A stretch of 64,000 nucleotides of DNA. Source: Carcharhinus amblyrhynchos (taxonomy: Eukaryota). The notes beneath the pieces are model-generated. The model made no database searches. It was given only the letters and a program-made list of their open reading frames with translations, and was not told where the DNA came from. Shown here in pieces: positions 1 through 12,249 of this stretch. The stretch spans positions 103,416,001 to 103,480,000 of the forward strand of contig OZ336873.1 in the NCBI GenBank assembly GCA_965287045.1. Direction: 5' to 3'. Within the stretch, counting starts at the first letter, position 1. Each line of letters starts with the position of its first letter. A program made the position numbers and the translations under genes.

Positions 1-656
1 GTCTTCATTCAAAGGGTATTCAATCAATTAAAATCAAATACACGATGAGACAATTTGTGCAAGACGTCACTTCATGAGATGATTTTCACAGGTGTTTCTG
101 TGCACAGCAGTTCACAAAGAGACCTCAGCTTCCTCCCTTACAAACACAGCCTTTGATAGGTTGCCCATTATGAATAATGAATTCACCTATTACCCCGAGT
201 CTACAGACTCACATTCATTGCTGTTTGAAGGAGAGGCTCTTCAACTGCCAAGTAAATATTGATCTAATTAGTTTCAGAGTACAGACAGTGGCAGTAAAAA
301 AGACCAGCCAACTCGCTGTGATTCCATGAATTAATCTGGTCAATTTTGCTCATTAATCCCTTTTGCTGAGATTGGGTACATGTGCCAGAGGACTCCTGAT
401 CTAACTTTGCAGCACAAGTCTGGCAGAAGAGCTTGAAATTAAAATAGAACCTGGGATATCTGGAGTCCTGACTGTATCTGTAATTTCCCACTGGATGTGA
501 AGAGAATGAGTAGGTGAAAGGGCAATGTTAATGGTGAGGTAGTGGGAACTAAGGAATACTCCTGTATTGGTCCCAGCTGATATTACTTGTAGGCTGCCAG
601 GCCTCCAAATGGAACCCTGACTCAATAAATCGTAACTTTTATTTTTTGTTCAGCAA

Positions 657-1683
657 TGTGGGTGAACAGGGTCACAGGGCTACCAATTAACTTTTAATAA
701 AACATGACAACATTTATTAAATATGAAAAGATTGACTGTAATAGTGTTCCTTCAACCCAGCTATTATCTTCACAGATGCACACAAAATTTTTAAGGATAA
801 CACAAGTTACAAAATATATCTATTACTTAATGTTCTCAGTAATTAAACAGTCCTTGTAAACCAATGGGCTAACTGTAGCCAGACACACCACGCTCTGAAA
901 CCAAGTGACTGATGCAACTCCAATGGATTTTTCATCAAATTCTGCCAGGTACTTATCACAATGTGAGTCAACTAGTCTCATTGGAACTCTGATTTCCACA
1001 TAAGTGTTTCCAAACTCCGCCCTCAAAGAAACATGCCTTGGAATCTTCTCCCAACAATTCTCTCAGATGCCTTCACCAAGGAGCCACTTCCAGGATTTCA
1101 ATCTCTCCTTTTAGTGTTCCTCTGTCCTGGATTGCTACATACATTCAAGCTTTCAGACAATCTCTCAGGTACCTAGCCAAGCCAACACTGCTTCAGAGGC
1201 TCTGTTGATATGTCAAAAATCTTAGGATTACCTCAGATATCTGGCTTCTCACCATCCAACTGCACCAAGTCTGCACCTTTTAGCTCTGTCTGTAACTGTG
1301 AGCTTCACTTTGTCCTTTTCTTTAACCTCAATGAACTGTGCTTTGTTCAGAATCCAGTTTCTTTGATTTCAGTCTTCCTGGGACTTCTCTTTTCATTAGT
1401 TTCTAGGATTATCTGCTCTTTAGCTCCTAGGACTTGCTTTTTGCCCCTTACTTCTTTGTCCTGCCTCTCTGCTGGCAGTTTCTGTGAGAGCTGCTTTCTT
1501 CTCAGATACTTGGTTCCAACTAAACCCCATAATTGCTTATACTTTTCAGCGTGGGCCTCTGGTTGCTAAGTAACAGCTAAGTTCTTTTTAAATTTCTATA
1601 ATTGCTTTACATAGTGAACCTTTAATTGAAACAGAGTTTAAAATGATCAAAATGCACAGACATGAAAGCTTGTTTGTTTAACA
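657..1683 (-). mobile_element. LTR-like interspersed repeat (possible solo LTR)
   Basis: Non-coding ~1 kb block with TG..CA candidate ends, minus-strand AATAAA (tttatt ~713), pyrimidine-rich core and X-box-like gttgctaagtaac (1562-1574); architecture resembles 16877-18370 and 61210-61933. No TSD confirmed. Confidence 0.35.
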
Positions 1684-2078
1684 TGAAGCTAACTAAAGAT
1701 GAACAGAATAATGAGTGCTGGTAAGAAACAGGGCACAAACCTGAGTGATACGCTCACTGTGATGATAAACAAGCAGGACATTTAGTGAGAGCAATCCAGT
1801 TTTATTGAAAAATAGGGTCAGGTTGATAATGGGCAGCATGTAAGGCAATGTGGGTGCTGGTTTTGGCACCTTGTATGCTGGGGAACCCTTCAATACAAAC
1901 AAAGCCTTGTGCTCGCTTATTCTGCTTATCGTTACCAATTGGGTAGATGGTCTCACTGCTTTTCATGGAATAGAGCTTCAGTGATCTCTCTAAGGCAATG
2001 GTGAACAATCATTGGTGATGGGTGATGCTATTGATGAAATCTGCTGTGACCTATAATGACCCTGTGGCACAAAGTGAA

Positions 2079-2200
2079 GATGAGGAGATGCCGGCGTTGG
2101 ACTGGGGTAAACACAGTAAGAAGTCTCACAACACCAGGTTAAAGTCCAACAGGTTTATTTGGTAGCAAACAGCACTAGCGTTCAGGGCCCTGCCCTTTCC
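2079..2200 (-). mobile_element. Penelope-like element terminal repeat fragment
   Basis: gatgaggagatgccggcgttggactggggtaaacacagtaagaagtctcacaacaccaggttaaagtccaacaggtttatttggtagc is near-identical to the start of 45991-46166; hammerhead region degenerate. Confidence 0.75.
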
Positions 2201-2460
2201 ATAAAGTAAAGGCCAAAGTGAATTTGACATATAAATACTGTCATATCGCAAGTGTAGAAGAAGGATGTAAGAAATAGGAGCAGGTGCCAGTCATTCTATA
2301 CCTCAAGCCTGCTACACAATTCAATAAGATCATGCAAATCTGATGTGGCCTTAACTCCATCTTCCTGCCTAGAATCATAATACTTGACTCACTTGTCAAT
2401 CAAAAACCTAACTAATTCAGCACTGAATAAATTCAATGATGCAGCTTCCACTGCTCACTG

Positions 2461-3392
2461 GGCATTGAGTACAGGAGTTGGGACGTCTTGCTGAAGTTGT
2501 ACAAGATATTAGTAAGGTCACATTTGGAATACTGTGCACAGGTCTAGTCACCTATTATAGAAATTATATTATTCAACTAGAAAGAGTGCAGAAAAGATTT
2601 ACTAGAATGCTACCATGACTTCACGTGATCACAGAATCCCGACAATGCAGAAGGAGGCCATTTGGCCCATCGAGCCTGCACTGACCACAATCTCACCCAT
2701 ATCCTATTCCCATAACCCCACATAATTACTCTGTTAATCCCCTGACACTAGGGCAATTTAGCATGGCCAATCAATCTAACCCACACATCTTTGGACTGTG
2801 GGAGGAAACTGGAGCACCCGGAGGAAACCTACTCAGACATGGGGAGAGTGTGTAAACTCCAGACAGCTAGTGACCCAAGGCTAGAATTAGACCCGGGTCC
2901 CTGGTCCTGTGAGGCAGCAGTACTAACCATTGTGCCACTGTGCCACCCAGTGCTTGATGTTTTGAGTTATAATGAAGAGGCTGGATAGACTTTTTCCCTG
3001 GAGCATAGGAGGCTTAGGGATGATCTTATAGGAGTCTATAAAATAATGAAGACATTGATGAGGACATAGGTGGATAGTCAACATCTTTTCCCAAAGGAAG
3101 GGAGTCTAAAACTAGAAGTCATAGGTTTAAGGTGAGATGGCAGAGATACAAAAGGGTTCAGAGGGCCACATTTTTTTGTTCAGAAGATGGTGAGTGTCTG
3201 GAATAAGCTACTAGATGCAGTAGTAGTGGGAGGTACAATTTTGTCTTTTAAAAAGCATTTAGACAGTTACATGGGTAAGATGGGTATAGAGGACTATGTG
3301 CCAAATGCAGACAATTAGGACTAACTTAATGGTAAAAACTGGTGGCATGGACAAGTTGTGCTGAAGGGCCTGTTTCCATGCTGTAAACCTCT
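2461..3392 (+). mobile_element. CR1 LINE 3' fragment (ORF2 C-terminus + tail), decayed
   Basis: Translates as GIEYRSWDVLLKLYKILVRSHLEYCAQ..LERVQKRFTRML, typical CR1 ORF2 C-terminus; ends gaagggcctgtttccatgctgtaaacctct. Confidence 0.9.
2628..2948 (-). mobile_element. HE1-type V-SINE with CR1-derived tail
   Basis: Reverse strand: tRNA-like head (gggtggcacagtggcacaatggttagtactgctgcctcacag), V-domain (gggtgctccagtttcctcccacagtccaaagatgtg), CR1-like tail; inserted inside the + CR1. Confidence 0.9.
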
Positions 3393-4629
3393 AAGTGAAT
3401 TCCAAAAAATAGCATCCCTCTGAGAAAAGGAATCTCTGTCTTAAATACGAGAACCCCGACTTACAAATTATGCCCACTAGTTCTAAATTCCTCCATGAGG
3501 GGAAACACCCTCTCAGCATTTACCCTGGCAAGCTCCCTCAGATCTTGGTTCTTTAAATAAGATCATCTCTCATTCTTCTAAATTTTAAGGGGTGCAACCT
3601 GCTCAACCTTTCCTCTGAAGGCAAACCTCTCACATCCTGGTTTGAGCTTCAAGTTGCAATTGCAGCAAAGTGAAGTAACTCAATGACAGGCTGTTTGGTG
3701 AAGGGAAGGCACCCGAGACATTACTGATTGGAACTAAGGTAGGAGAACCTTTCAGGGGTACCTGAAAGCCTCTTTGGTGATATGTGCAGTGCAGTGCAGT
3801 GTCTCCTCCTGCTCTCTCCTACCTTTTTGGATAATCTCCCTTGTTCTTTAGCCCAAAGGTTATCTAGCAATAACTATTGTGATGACAGACAAAAACAGGC
3901 CTAGTTGAAGTCACAAATCAGTGTGGAAGGTGGATGGCAGGCAACAATAACAACAAAAAGCCCAGAAAGTTAATAAGCCACTAATGTGTACAAAATGGAT
4001 GAACCCTTTAAAAGCACTGCTGCAGGATTCTTGCTTTTTTTTTAGCACTATCAGTTACTTAACAAATTTATCAAGTGGAAAGTCAGGCCCTGGAACAGTG
4101 CAATTTTTCAAAAGGATTCTACTGTCCTATAGCATTCTATACTTACTGTCCCCTGTCAACAGTAGCTGCATTTGTAATACCATTGGCCAATACAACTGAA
4201 TGGGCCATAATCCATTGTGCATCAGCAATGCCTCTAGAAAATGTCTCCTGTATATTTTTGATATTTCTGCTGTGCAGGATTTTACAGTTGGGTAAAACTG
4301 AAAAGCCTGTCTTTCTAGCTTGATTTTCAATATCCATATTTGCAAGCTGTTTTGTGTCCATTCAGGCCTCAAAGGGCTGCCATTTGCATATTCAGTTTCC
4401 TCAGCTTAAATAATAAATCAAATACACTTCCCTGGGAATGATGTGCTTTGAACTGGAGCATTATATTAACTTAGTTAGGCAAACATGTTAACTTTTTTTG
4501 ATCCTTGTCATGATCTCCAGGGAGACCATTAGTCTTGAAAACAGAGTTTGAACACACAGTTTTTATATGAAATATCACACCATAAGAAATTCATGTTTCA
4601 AACAACAAGACTTTTAGTGTTAAATAAAA

Positions 4630-5420
4630 TCAGTGTTAAACGAGAATTAAACAAAGCATATACTTCTAACTGAACACTCCAGGTGGAATCTTTCTTTTTT
4701 TTGCACAGAGTGCTGGCTGAGGCGAGGAAATGGTTGTGTAGCTTTTCTTGCCACCTGGTGCAACACTGTACAAGAAACAGTTGCACCAATGGGAACCAGG
4801 TGTGATGGCCTCACCATTAGAATCGGCAGCCATTGAAGACAGCCTGGCACTCTGGCACTGCCCATTGGCCACCCTGGCACTGCCCATCGGGCACTAAGCA
4901 GTGCCAAAAGAGTGGAGCCTGAGGGGGGCAAGTTGATCGGTGGTGGGAGGAGCACGTTGTGCATTCTGCAGTTGCGGTCAATGGGAGGGAGGGAGACAAA
5001 GCCCATGCCACTCTGCATTGTGATTGGTGTGGGGAGGGGGGCGCTGCTGCCACTCTGCATTGCAATTGATGGGGGGGATCACGGGGGTCGAGCAGTGTGG
5101 ACAGGTCGGTGGGGGGGGAAGGATCAGTCTGGCTGGGGGGAAGGTTGTGACAGGCTATGGAGGCTGGCTGAGAGAGGCAGAGGCTGAGTGACAGGTCTCT
5201 CTGCTCTCAAAGCACATGCACAATGGTGCCCTATGCTGCTCTCAGCATTCAGATAACTTAAGCCCTATCCCTCCCCTTACAGGTGAGAAATGGTTTTTGA
5301 TGTTTTTCATGTACTGAGAGCATAAGATTGCAGATTTGGACTTGCCCAAAAAATGAATTAGAAACTCTCAGTTTCACACTCGTTCTGGACTTAGAATTTA
5401 TTTCATGAGATCGTTCCCAT
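4630..5420. mobile_element. Non-autonomous DNA-transposon-like repeat (probably Harbinger-derived)
   Basis: GC-rich block with repeated tggcactgccc / gccactctgcattg motifs; similar motifs on the other strand at 12250-13046; no coding capacity. Confidence 0.45.
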
Positions 5421-6527
5421 GGTGTAGCATAGCGTTGGTTTTGGATATGTTGTAAATAAAAGGGCACAGAATGTACCTGTATTCTTAAAATAATAAGCCT
5501 GAGAGTAGAATGGTGAGAAGAATCTTCCTTCATGATGTTAGTAAAGCACTTTGTGTTGTATTATGTGCCTGCATGCCACTGTACTGAAAATGACTGCGGC
5601 AGAGCAAGACTGAACATGGATCTGGAGAACAGCACAGCCTACTTGTATAGTGTCACATGGTAATCAACACAGATATAACACTCTGGAGGCAGCATGCATG
5701 GGAGAAACAGCACCATGCATGGCATTAAATGGGATCTGTAAATAATTAAAGGTTAACAATAGATACTTCATGCTTAAACAAACAAATCTCAGGATCTCGT
5801 AAATGGGACATCACAGCCGAACCCCCATAATCAACATGGTGCTCAGTGGCAACACCATAACAAACACTTTCAGCAATCAATTCTCACATCAAGTAAACAT
5901 TCACCGGTATGCCTTCACCCCAATATCATGTTGAACTTTAATAACTTAGTATCAATGACAAATTAAAACAAACCAACAAATGGCCTCAATAACAGAGTCA
6001 ATTTCCTTAAATAGCAGGAAAAGAGGCTCCTGATCCTTTCATGTTCCTGCATAGAAATAGAAACGTGCCGGAACTCCGCAATATTACCCAACTGAACAGT
6101 AAAACTAAAAAAGCCCAAGTTTTGGAATGAACTGTGAATCCCACTTTGAACAATGTGCCAAAAAGTCTCAGTGCCTTGGGACTAGTATAATCCTCTCACC
6201 TCAGAGCATGTAGAAGGCAGGATATTCAAGCAATGACCATTGCAAAAATAGAGATTTTCTAACATTTTGTACGTGCACAGGATGTGTCAGAGTACTTTAT
6301 GATCAGTGAATTCCTTTAAAACTGAACGGTTGTTATGTGGACCCAGCCAAATCATAAAAAAACAAAGTCTCATACATGGCAAATGAGGTAAATGACCAGT
6401 GAATCTATTTTATCTAGGCATTAACGAATGGGAAGAATGCCTATCCAGAAATTCCTGCCACACAGAGATGCAGTTCAGATATTTTATTTCAATTTAACGT
6501 TGCATCCAAAAGATTGTACTTTTGGCA

Positions 6528-7056
6528 TTCACTGGAGTTTAAAAGATCTTATAGAAACCTATAAAATTCTAATATGACTAGACATGGTAAATGCAGAAAG
6601 GATGTTTCTGACGGTGAGGGTGTCCAGAACCATGGGTCAAAGTCTAAGGATATGGGGTAAACATTTTAGTACTAAGATGAGCAGAAATATCTTCACTGAG
6701 AGAGCGATCAGCCTATGGACTTCATTACCATAGAAAGCAATTGAGTCCAAAACATTGTGGGCAGGATTTTACAGCCTTGCTCATCCAAAAACTGTAAAAT
6801 CCCACCTGAGGCCAACGGATCTTACCATGGTCTGCCCCTTACCAACTCCAATTCCCACAGCAGGAGGGTGGTAAAATTACAGCTTGCATGCTTTCAAAAA
6901 GTAGTTAGATACTGCTCTTAGGGTCAAGGGGATCAAAGGATATGGAGCAAGGTGGGATCAGGCAATTGAATTGGATGATCCTAGTGAATGACAGAGTATG
7001 CTCGATGAGCCAAATGTCCTACGCTTGCTCCAATTTTCGATATTTCTATGTTTCAT
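6528..7056 (+). mobile_element. CR1 LINE 3' fragment interrupted by a MITE
   Basis: SLEFKR/DLIETYKIL...RMF...GQSLRIWGKHFSTKMSRNIFTERAISLWTSLP-like reading; tail tatttctatgtttc. Confidence 0.85.
6759..6884. mobile_element. 126-bp MITE with GGGCAGGATTTT-type TIRs (PIF/Harbinger-like)
   Basis: Starts gggcaggatttt, ends aaaattacagct; flanked by tgt/tgc (imperfect 3-bp TSD); cleanly splits a CR1; a related inverted copy lies at ~46870-46955. Confidence 0.75.
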
Positions 7057-7269
7057 GGAATGAGCAGCAACCAGAAGGGAAAAGTTACATGATGGACAAA
7101 ATCTGGCTGATGGAAGCCCTGCTTCAGGTTGCTGAACATTCTTCTAATGATACAACACAATATCCTTCATGATCTATGTGCTTCTCAATTGTTTGAACCA
7201 TAATTCTTAAGGCGGCATTCATGCATTTGCCCTCATGTCCAAAAAGCCTGGGCAAAATCAGGGAAACCT

Positions 7270-7296
7270 ATTAATGCAAACCTGGTTTGCATTAAT
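7270..7296. repeat. Perfect 27-bp palindrome
   Basis: attaatgcaaacc-t-ggtttgcattaat: 13-bp arms, 1-nt spacer. Confidence 0.95.
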
Positions 7297-7431
7297 GATT
7301 TATTGCACTTTTAGAAGATACAGTTAATAGCAATTGAGATTGGCACTAGAAATGGCTAACAACGCATACATTCTTAGACTGAATTCATAAAGCTGAGAAT
7401 TGAGATGGGTCAATTTAACCTCATATAATTT

Positions 7432-7606
7432 ACTTCATTGAATGTTTTTAAGGCAAGGATAGATAGATTTTTGAACAGTAAAGGAATTAAGGGCTATGGT
7501 GAATGTGCAGGTAAGTGCAGCTGAATCCACAAAAAGATCAGCTATGATCCTATTGAATGGGGGAGCAGGCTCGATGGCTGACTCTGGCTCCTAGTTGTTA
7601 TGTTCT
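7432..7606 (+). mobile_element. CR1 LINE 3' tail fragment
   Basis: SLNVFKARIDRFLNSKGIKGYG followed by CR1 3' UTR (gatcagctatgatcctattgaatgg...ttatgttctta). Confidence 0.85.
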
Positions 7607-7917
7607 TAATTAAACAATTGCTCTTTGGGCAAAGATGTATTCTGATTAACATTCTAAACATACAGGCATTAACATTCCAAATGGGGGAAATTCTGATTTT
7701 CCCCATCTGAAACTTTGCCTCCATGTTTACAATCACATCCTTCTTAATATCCTGGCCATCATGTTTCATGGCATAAAGAAAGCAAATAGCACTCTTGTCT
7801 ACTGCGCAAGGCACAAAACATTTTTTGAAATATCAGTGGAAGCAATTGGTAGGTGTTGCTGTAATATTTAACTTTACATCCAGAGTATCACAGCATCAGG
7901 CTGCTTTCAAGTGGGAT

Positions 7918-8425
7918 AATAGAACAAAAAAACAAAGAAAATACAGGAACAAGCCCTTTGGCCCTCCAAGTCTGCACCAAACATGATACCCTAACTAAAC
8001 TAAAAAAAGTCTACCCTTTCTTGGCCTGTATCTCTCTATTCCCTCCCTCTTTATGCACCCATCCAGATGCCTTTTAAATGTCGCTAATGTGCCTGCTTCC
8101 ACCATCTCCGCTAGCAACATGTTCCAGGAATTCACCATTCTCTGCGGGAAAACTTTCCTTCCCACTGCCACACATCTCTCTTAAACTTTCCCCCTCTCAC
8201 CTTGAACCTATGCCCCCTTATAGTTGACACTTTCGCCCTGGGAAAAAGCTTCTGACTATCCACCCTGTCTATGCCTCTTATAATTTTGTAGACCTCTATC
8301 AGGTCTTACCTCAGCCTTTGCGTTTCCAGTGTAAACAATCCTAGTTTATTCAACTTCTCCTCGTAGCCAACACCCTCGAGATCAGGCAACTTCAGGTGAA
8401 CCTTCTTTGCACACTCTCCAAATCT
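7918..8425 (-). mobile_element. CR1 LINE 3' fragment
   Basis: ORF-track peptide ...LPDLEGVGYEEKLNKLGLFTLETQRLR; reverse tail agaacaaaaaaacaaagaa. Confidence 0.9.
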
Positions 8426-9865
8426 TCTACTTCCTAATAATACTCTTGGTTCTTGAGGCATAGGATTTGGGAAGCTGCTTGTACCATCAAATATCAACTG
8501 ACAGGATTCAACAAGACTATGAATTAATCCCTTGGCTTTTATTAGCTCTTTCCAAATGTTGTCAGTCTTCATAGCTCAATTCCAGCACCAAATATCTGGG
8601 GCTGGATTTTCAGAAGTCCAGACTCATTCTATAATATTAAATTATTCACATTCCTTCAATTTTAGAGCACTCCACTGGGTAAATCTTTGAAAAAGAGTCA
8701 AATCCCTGCCAATGAGAACTTGAGCAGCCAAATAACATATTGGAGATAGCATGGAACTAACATGCCCTTGGAAAAACAAAAATGAAACATGAAGTTTGAT
8801 GAAGGCTGATAATTAGCAGTCTAAAGTTTGGATATGAGTTGTTTAGATCTAGCCCGCTTCAGAGACAACCTCAGTTGTTTGAAAATTCTAGGCTGACCTA
8901 AATGATGTTACTTTCGAAAAATCAAACACAGCATTAAACCTCACGGAGCAGGAAAATAGATAGCATCAAAATGTTGCAAAAAGATTTAGGAGACATAACC
9001 ATATGATCAATACTTGCGGCTGGAGGTTTAAAATTGTTGGTGCTCTAGATTATAACCTAGAATGAAAAATCTATCATCAAGCTCACTGAACATTGAAGTT
9101 CAATAACTATTTGTTGGATGTTACAAAAACTGTCTTATTTGTAGACCACCATGCCATTAAACAGTCATTTCACAAGTTGATCTTGTTACAGCCAACAACC
9201 AACTTTTATTTTCAACTGCATTCAACAGGAGTTAATTCAACTTTACTAAACTCACTTACGAACAGTTAAAACAATCTGTAGCATGCATTATTCTATCATG
9301 CCATGTTAAATCAACAGTATGCAGCGCTTCCTTCAGGCTTTCCTCCTACCAACTACAAAGTTGAAAAAATAAATATCTTTATTAAAGAGGTTCCATCTCA
9401 CTGAGAGGGAGTCATGCCCAACAACCTGCTCTGAAAACTCTGCTCAAATTTGTGACAGCTATGACAAATTCTACCACACAACTGAGGCAAAGCACAGCTT
9501 CCTAAAATAATCAATAATATTCTCAACTCCACCACCCCCCCACCTCCGTAACTTTCTAAAAAGTAAGTCAATTCTCCCCATCTCCCAACGTTGACCAAAT
9601 CTTTGATACTTCCAGGATCCAGATCCACACCATTGTTAAAACCTCAGGCCATATCCTATGTGTAAAGTAACTGAAATCTATCTGTTGGTTTGGGATGCAT
9701 TGTTTACGAACAGACCAAGAGGCAGGGGCAAATTTTACTTCTGCCCAATTTCTGTGGCAGAGGGTAAAAACTGTATTTACAGTAAAAACATTGTAAAATC
9801 TAAATTCTTTGAACATGGGCTCAATGATTACTAGAGTGAGAATTGATTGCTTTTGATGTTAAAGC

Positions 9866-10313
9866 TTGCACAGAATAAACACTTCTTTCCAGCTTTAGAA
9901 TGACAAAAGCACTTTATAGACAACTTAATTCTTTGAAGGTTTTGTCCCTGTTGGAATTTAAGAAGCACAGCAGGCAATCTGTGCACAGCAGGACCCATAA
10001 ACAGAAATGCGGTAATGAGTAGATAATATGTTTTAATGGTATTGGTCGAAGGATAAGTATTGGGCAGGACACTAGGGAGAAATCTCCTGTTCTTCTTTAA
10101 AGTAGTGCCATGAGAATGGGTACATCCATCTAAGAGGGCAGATGGGGCATGGGTGACATTTAATCTGAAATGCAGTGCAACATTATCAAAATGCTCCACT
10201 GAATTTCCGTTATTTTGGAATTTTATGCTTAAATTACTTGAGTGGGACTTAAATCTAGAATACAACCTCTTTGCTCAGAGGCAAAGTTGTCACAAACTGA
10301 ACCACAGCAGACA
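9866..10313 (-). mobile_element. Deu-domain SINE (SacSINE1-like), near full length, old
   Basis: Reverse strand: tRNA-like head tgtctgctgtggttcagtt..gcctctgag..aagtcccactc, Deu-like core ggcactactttaaagaagaacaggag..tgtcctgcccaatacttatccttc, L2-like tail aaagtgcttt..tgtgcaag. Confidence 0.8.
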
Positions 10314-10539
10314 ATATCTATTTCCTAAAATATACATTTTTATATGCAAAAAAGGGAAAAAAAGGCTCCATTTCTAAGAAGTTGAAATCCAATTTTGGAA
10401 TATAATTTCTATTGACAATGCATCATAGTTCAAAAAATTGTAAAGACTCCCATTTCGGTAATCTTTCAGATTGAATTTCCCAAAGCACTGCACAGCCAAT
10501 GAAATACTTTTGCAGCACGGTCATTGCTATAATAAAATT

Positions 10540-10668
10540 AAAATAGTGCGGATGCTGGAAATCTGATCTTAGAAAAAGAAAATGCTTGAAAAGTTCAGGA
10601 GTTCTGGCAGCATGTAAAGAGATTGAAATAGAGTCAATGTTTCGATTCTGTTCGATCCTTCTTCGGTA
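10540..10668 (-). mobile_element. Penelope terminal repeat fragment with degenerate hammerhead core
   Basis: Reverse: ccgaagaaggatcgaacagaatcgaaacattgactct...atgctgccagaactcctgaacttttcaagcattttc; same family as 39285-39405 and 40025-40517. Confidence 0.7.
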
Positions 10669-10732
10669 TTATTGTTGCAACTGTTGTAACAGAGGAAGTG
10701 CAGCAGTGAATACTGCAAACAACTATCAGATG

Positions 10733-11040
10733 AGGGCAGCACAGTGGCAAAGTGGTTAGCACTGCTGCTTCATGGTGCCATGGACCTGAGTTCGATTTCT
10801 GGTTTGGGTCACTATCTGTGTGGAGTTTGCATGTTCTCCCCATGTCTGCGTGGGTTCCTCTGGGTGCTCCGGTTTCCTTCCACAGTCTGAAAGATGTACT
10901 GGTTAGGTGCATTGGTCATTCAAAATTCTCCTCAGTGTAACTGAACAGGTGCCAGAATGTGGTGACTAGGGGATTTTCACACTAACTTCATTGCAGTGTT
11001 AATGTAAGCCTACTTGTGGCACTAATAAATAAATAAGCTT
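10733..11040 (+). mobile_element. V-SINE with Rex1/Babar-like tail
   Basis: Head gggcagcacagtggcaaagtggttagcactgctgc, B-box gagttcgattt, V-domain, tail ttttcacactaacttcattgcagtgttaatgtaagcctacttgtggcactaataaa. Confidence 0.9.
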
Positions 11041-11101
11041 TATAATCTGTTAGTAATATTGATCGAGGGATAATACTGGCTGAGGCACTGAAAGGAATTC
11101 C

Positions 11102-11358
11102 ACTCAGAAGGCAGCCATTCGGCCCATCACATTTGCACATATCTCCAACAGAGTATCTTACCCGGGTTCTCTCTTCATAGCCCCTAACTTATACATCTTT
11201 GGATACTAAGGAGAAATTTAGCATGGCAAATCCACCTAACCTGCACATTTTTGGGAGTGTGGGAGGAAACCGGAGTGTCCAGGAGAAATCCACACAGACA
11301 CGGGGATAATGTATAAATTCCACAGAGACAGCCACCCAAGGCTGGAATTGAACCTGAG
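11102..11358 (-). mobile_element. HE1-type V-SINE (CR1 tail), head truncated
   Basis: gtgggaggaaaccggagtgtccaggagaaatccacacagacacgggg V-domain; gaaggcagccattcggccc tail. Confidence 0.85.
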
Positions 11359-12249
11359 GCCTTATACCCAGAAGTAAAAATTTAACCTCAGAATTAATAG
11401 ATACGGAAATGAAAGGAGCCTTTCTTTGTTTTACTGAATACGTGGGTAGGTGGATGAACAGAGCAATGAAGAGACACAGAAGAGCTGTTTATAGCTCATA
11501 AAATGATATTTTGCTAACCTTGACTGAGGCTATTTTAAACATGGATGAGGCCCCAGAGATAAGCCAGATCAGTCATCATTTATTGTCAACACATGCACAC
11601 TTTCCAGCAAGCTACAGCAGATAATGATCAGGGGCAGGAATCTGAGTGGGTTCTCTTCACTCTAATTAGAGGCATGGAGTTCAATTCTAATGCACCGATT
11701 TCCACTGTCACTTCTAAATCTACATTAAAAGAAGATTGTAGAGTCAAGTGTTACACTTTCAATCACAATTCCCCGTCAAATAGGAAAAGGTGAACTTTCA
11801 TTGTTTCAAAAAGTGCTTAGGTATCTGTTTCTTTCAATATGAACATATCTGGTGGCAAAGGACTTCAGCAATAAATTAAAATGAAGAACCAAGCAAAGGA
11901 ATGTTACAGTTAATTGTTCTTTTTAATTAATGGTTGCAACTGAGCAAAATTGCTGCGCAGTTATTACAAGCAGCAGGTGTAATAACCAGACTTATCAAAT
12001 GAAAAGTGAGGTTTTAAATGCTGTCACCAAGATATGGCCACAGTATTGCTTATCTGTTACATTGGGTCACTTTCCATAGTGTTTCCTCTGTACGGCTTCA
12101 AATTAAAATTTTATTTCATTTCTGTGACCGGAGCTTGTCCTGGCTTGAGTGAAGCACAACAAAGTCAAAGAGCCAGAATCACAACAATCTGGAAGTATGT
12201 TAATGTATACTTAATGGAATCTTAAGAGAATTTGACAAAGTGTCAGTTC

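Larger units (their letters stand above)
2266..3640 (-). mobile_element. CR1 LINE 3' fragment, split (2266-2461 and 3393-3640) by an opposite-strand CR1
   Basis: Reverse CR1 tail (taagaaataggagcagg...) runs to cagcttccactgctcactgg and resumes at gaattccaaa...ccctctgag after the insertion. Confidence 0.8.

Noticed and set aside
1802-2030. Possible L1-type RT remnant (SP.LFTIALE; HIALHAA)
   Set aside because: Only two short, frameshifted motif resemblances; not supportable without a profile search.
10733-10810. tRNA genes at SINE heads
   Set aside because: A/B boxes present but followed by V-domain and LINE tail; no complete cloverleaf; these are SINEs.
10634-10940. Recurrent short ORFs such as MVSTAAS../..HTDSDP.. 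suggesting a multi-copy peptide family
   Set aside because: All are incidental translations of V-SINE copies, with inconsistent frames and stops.
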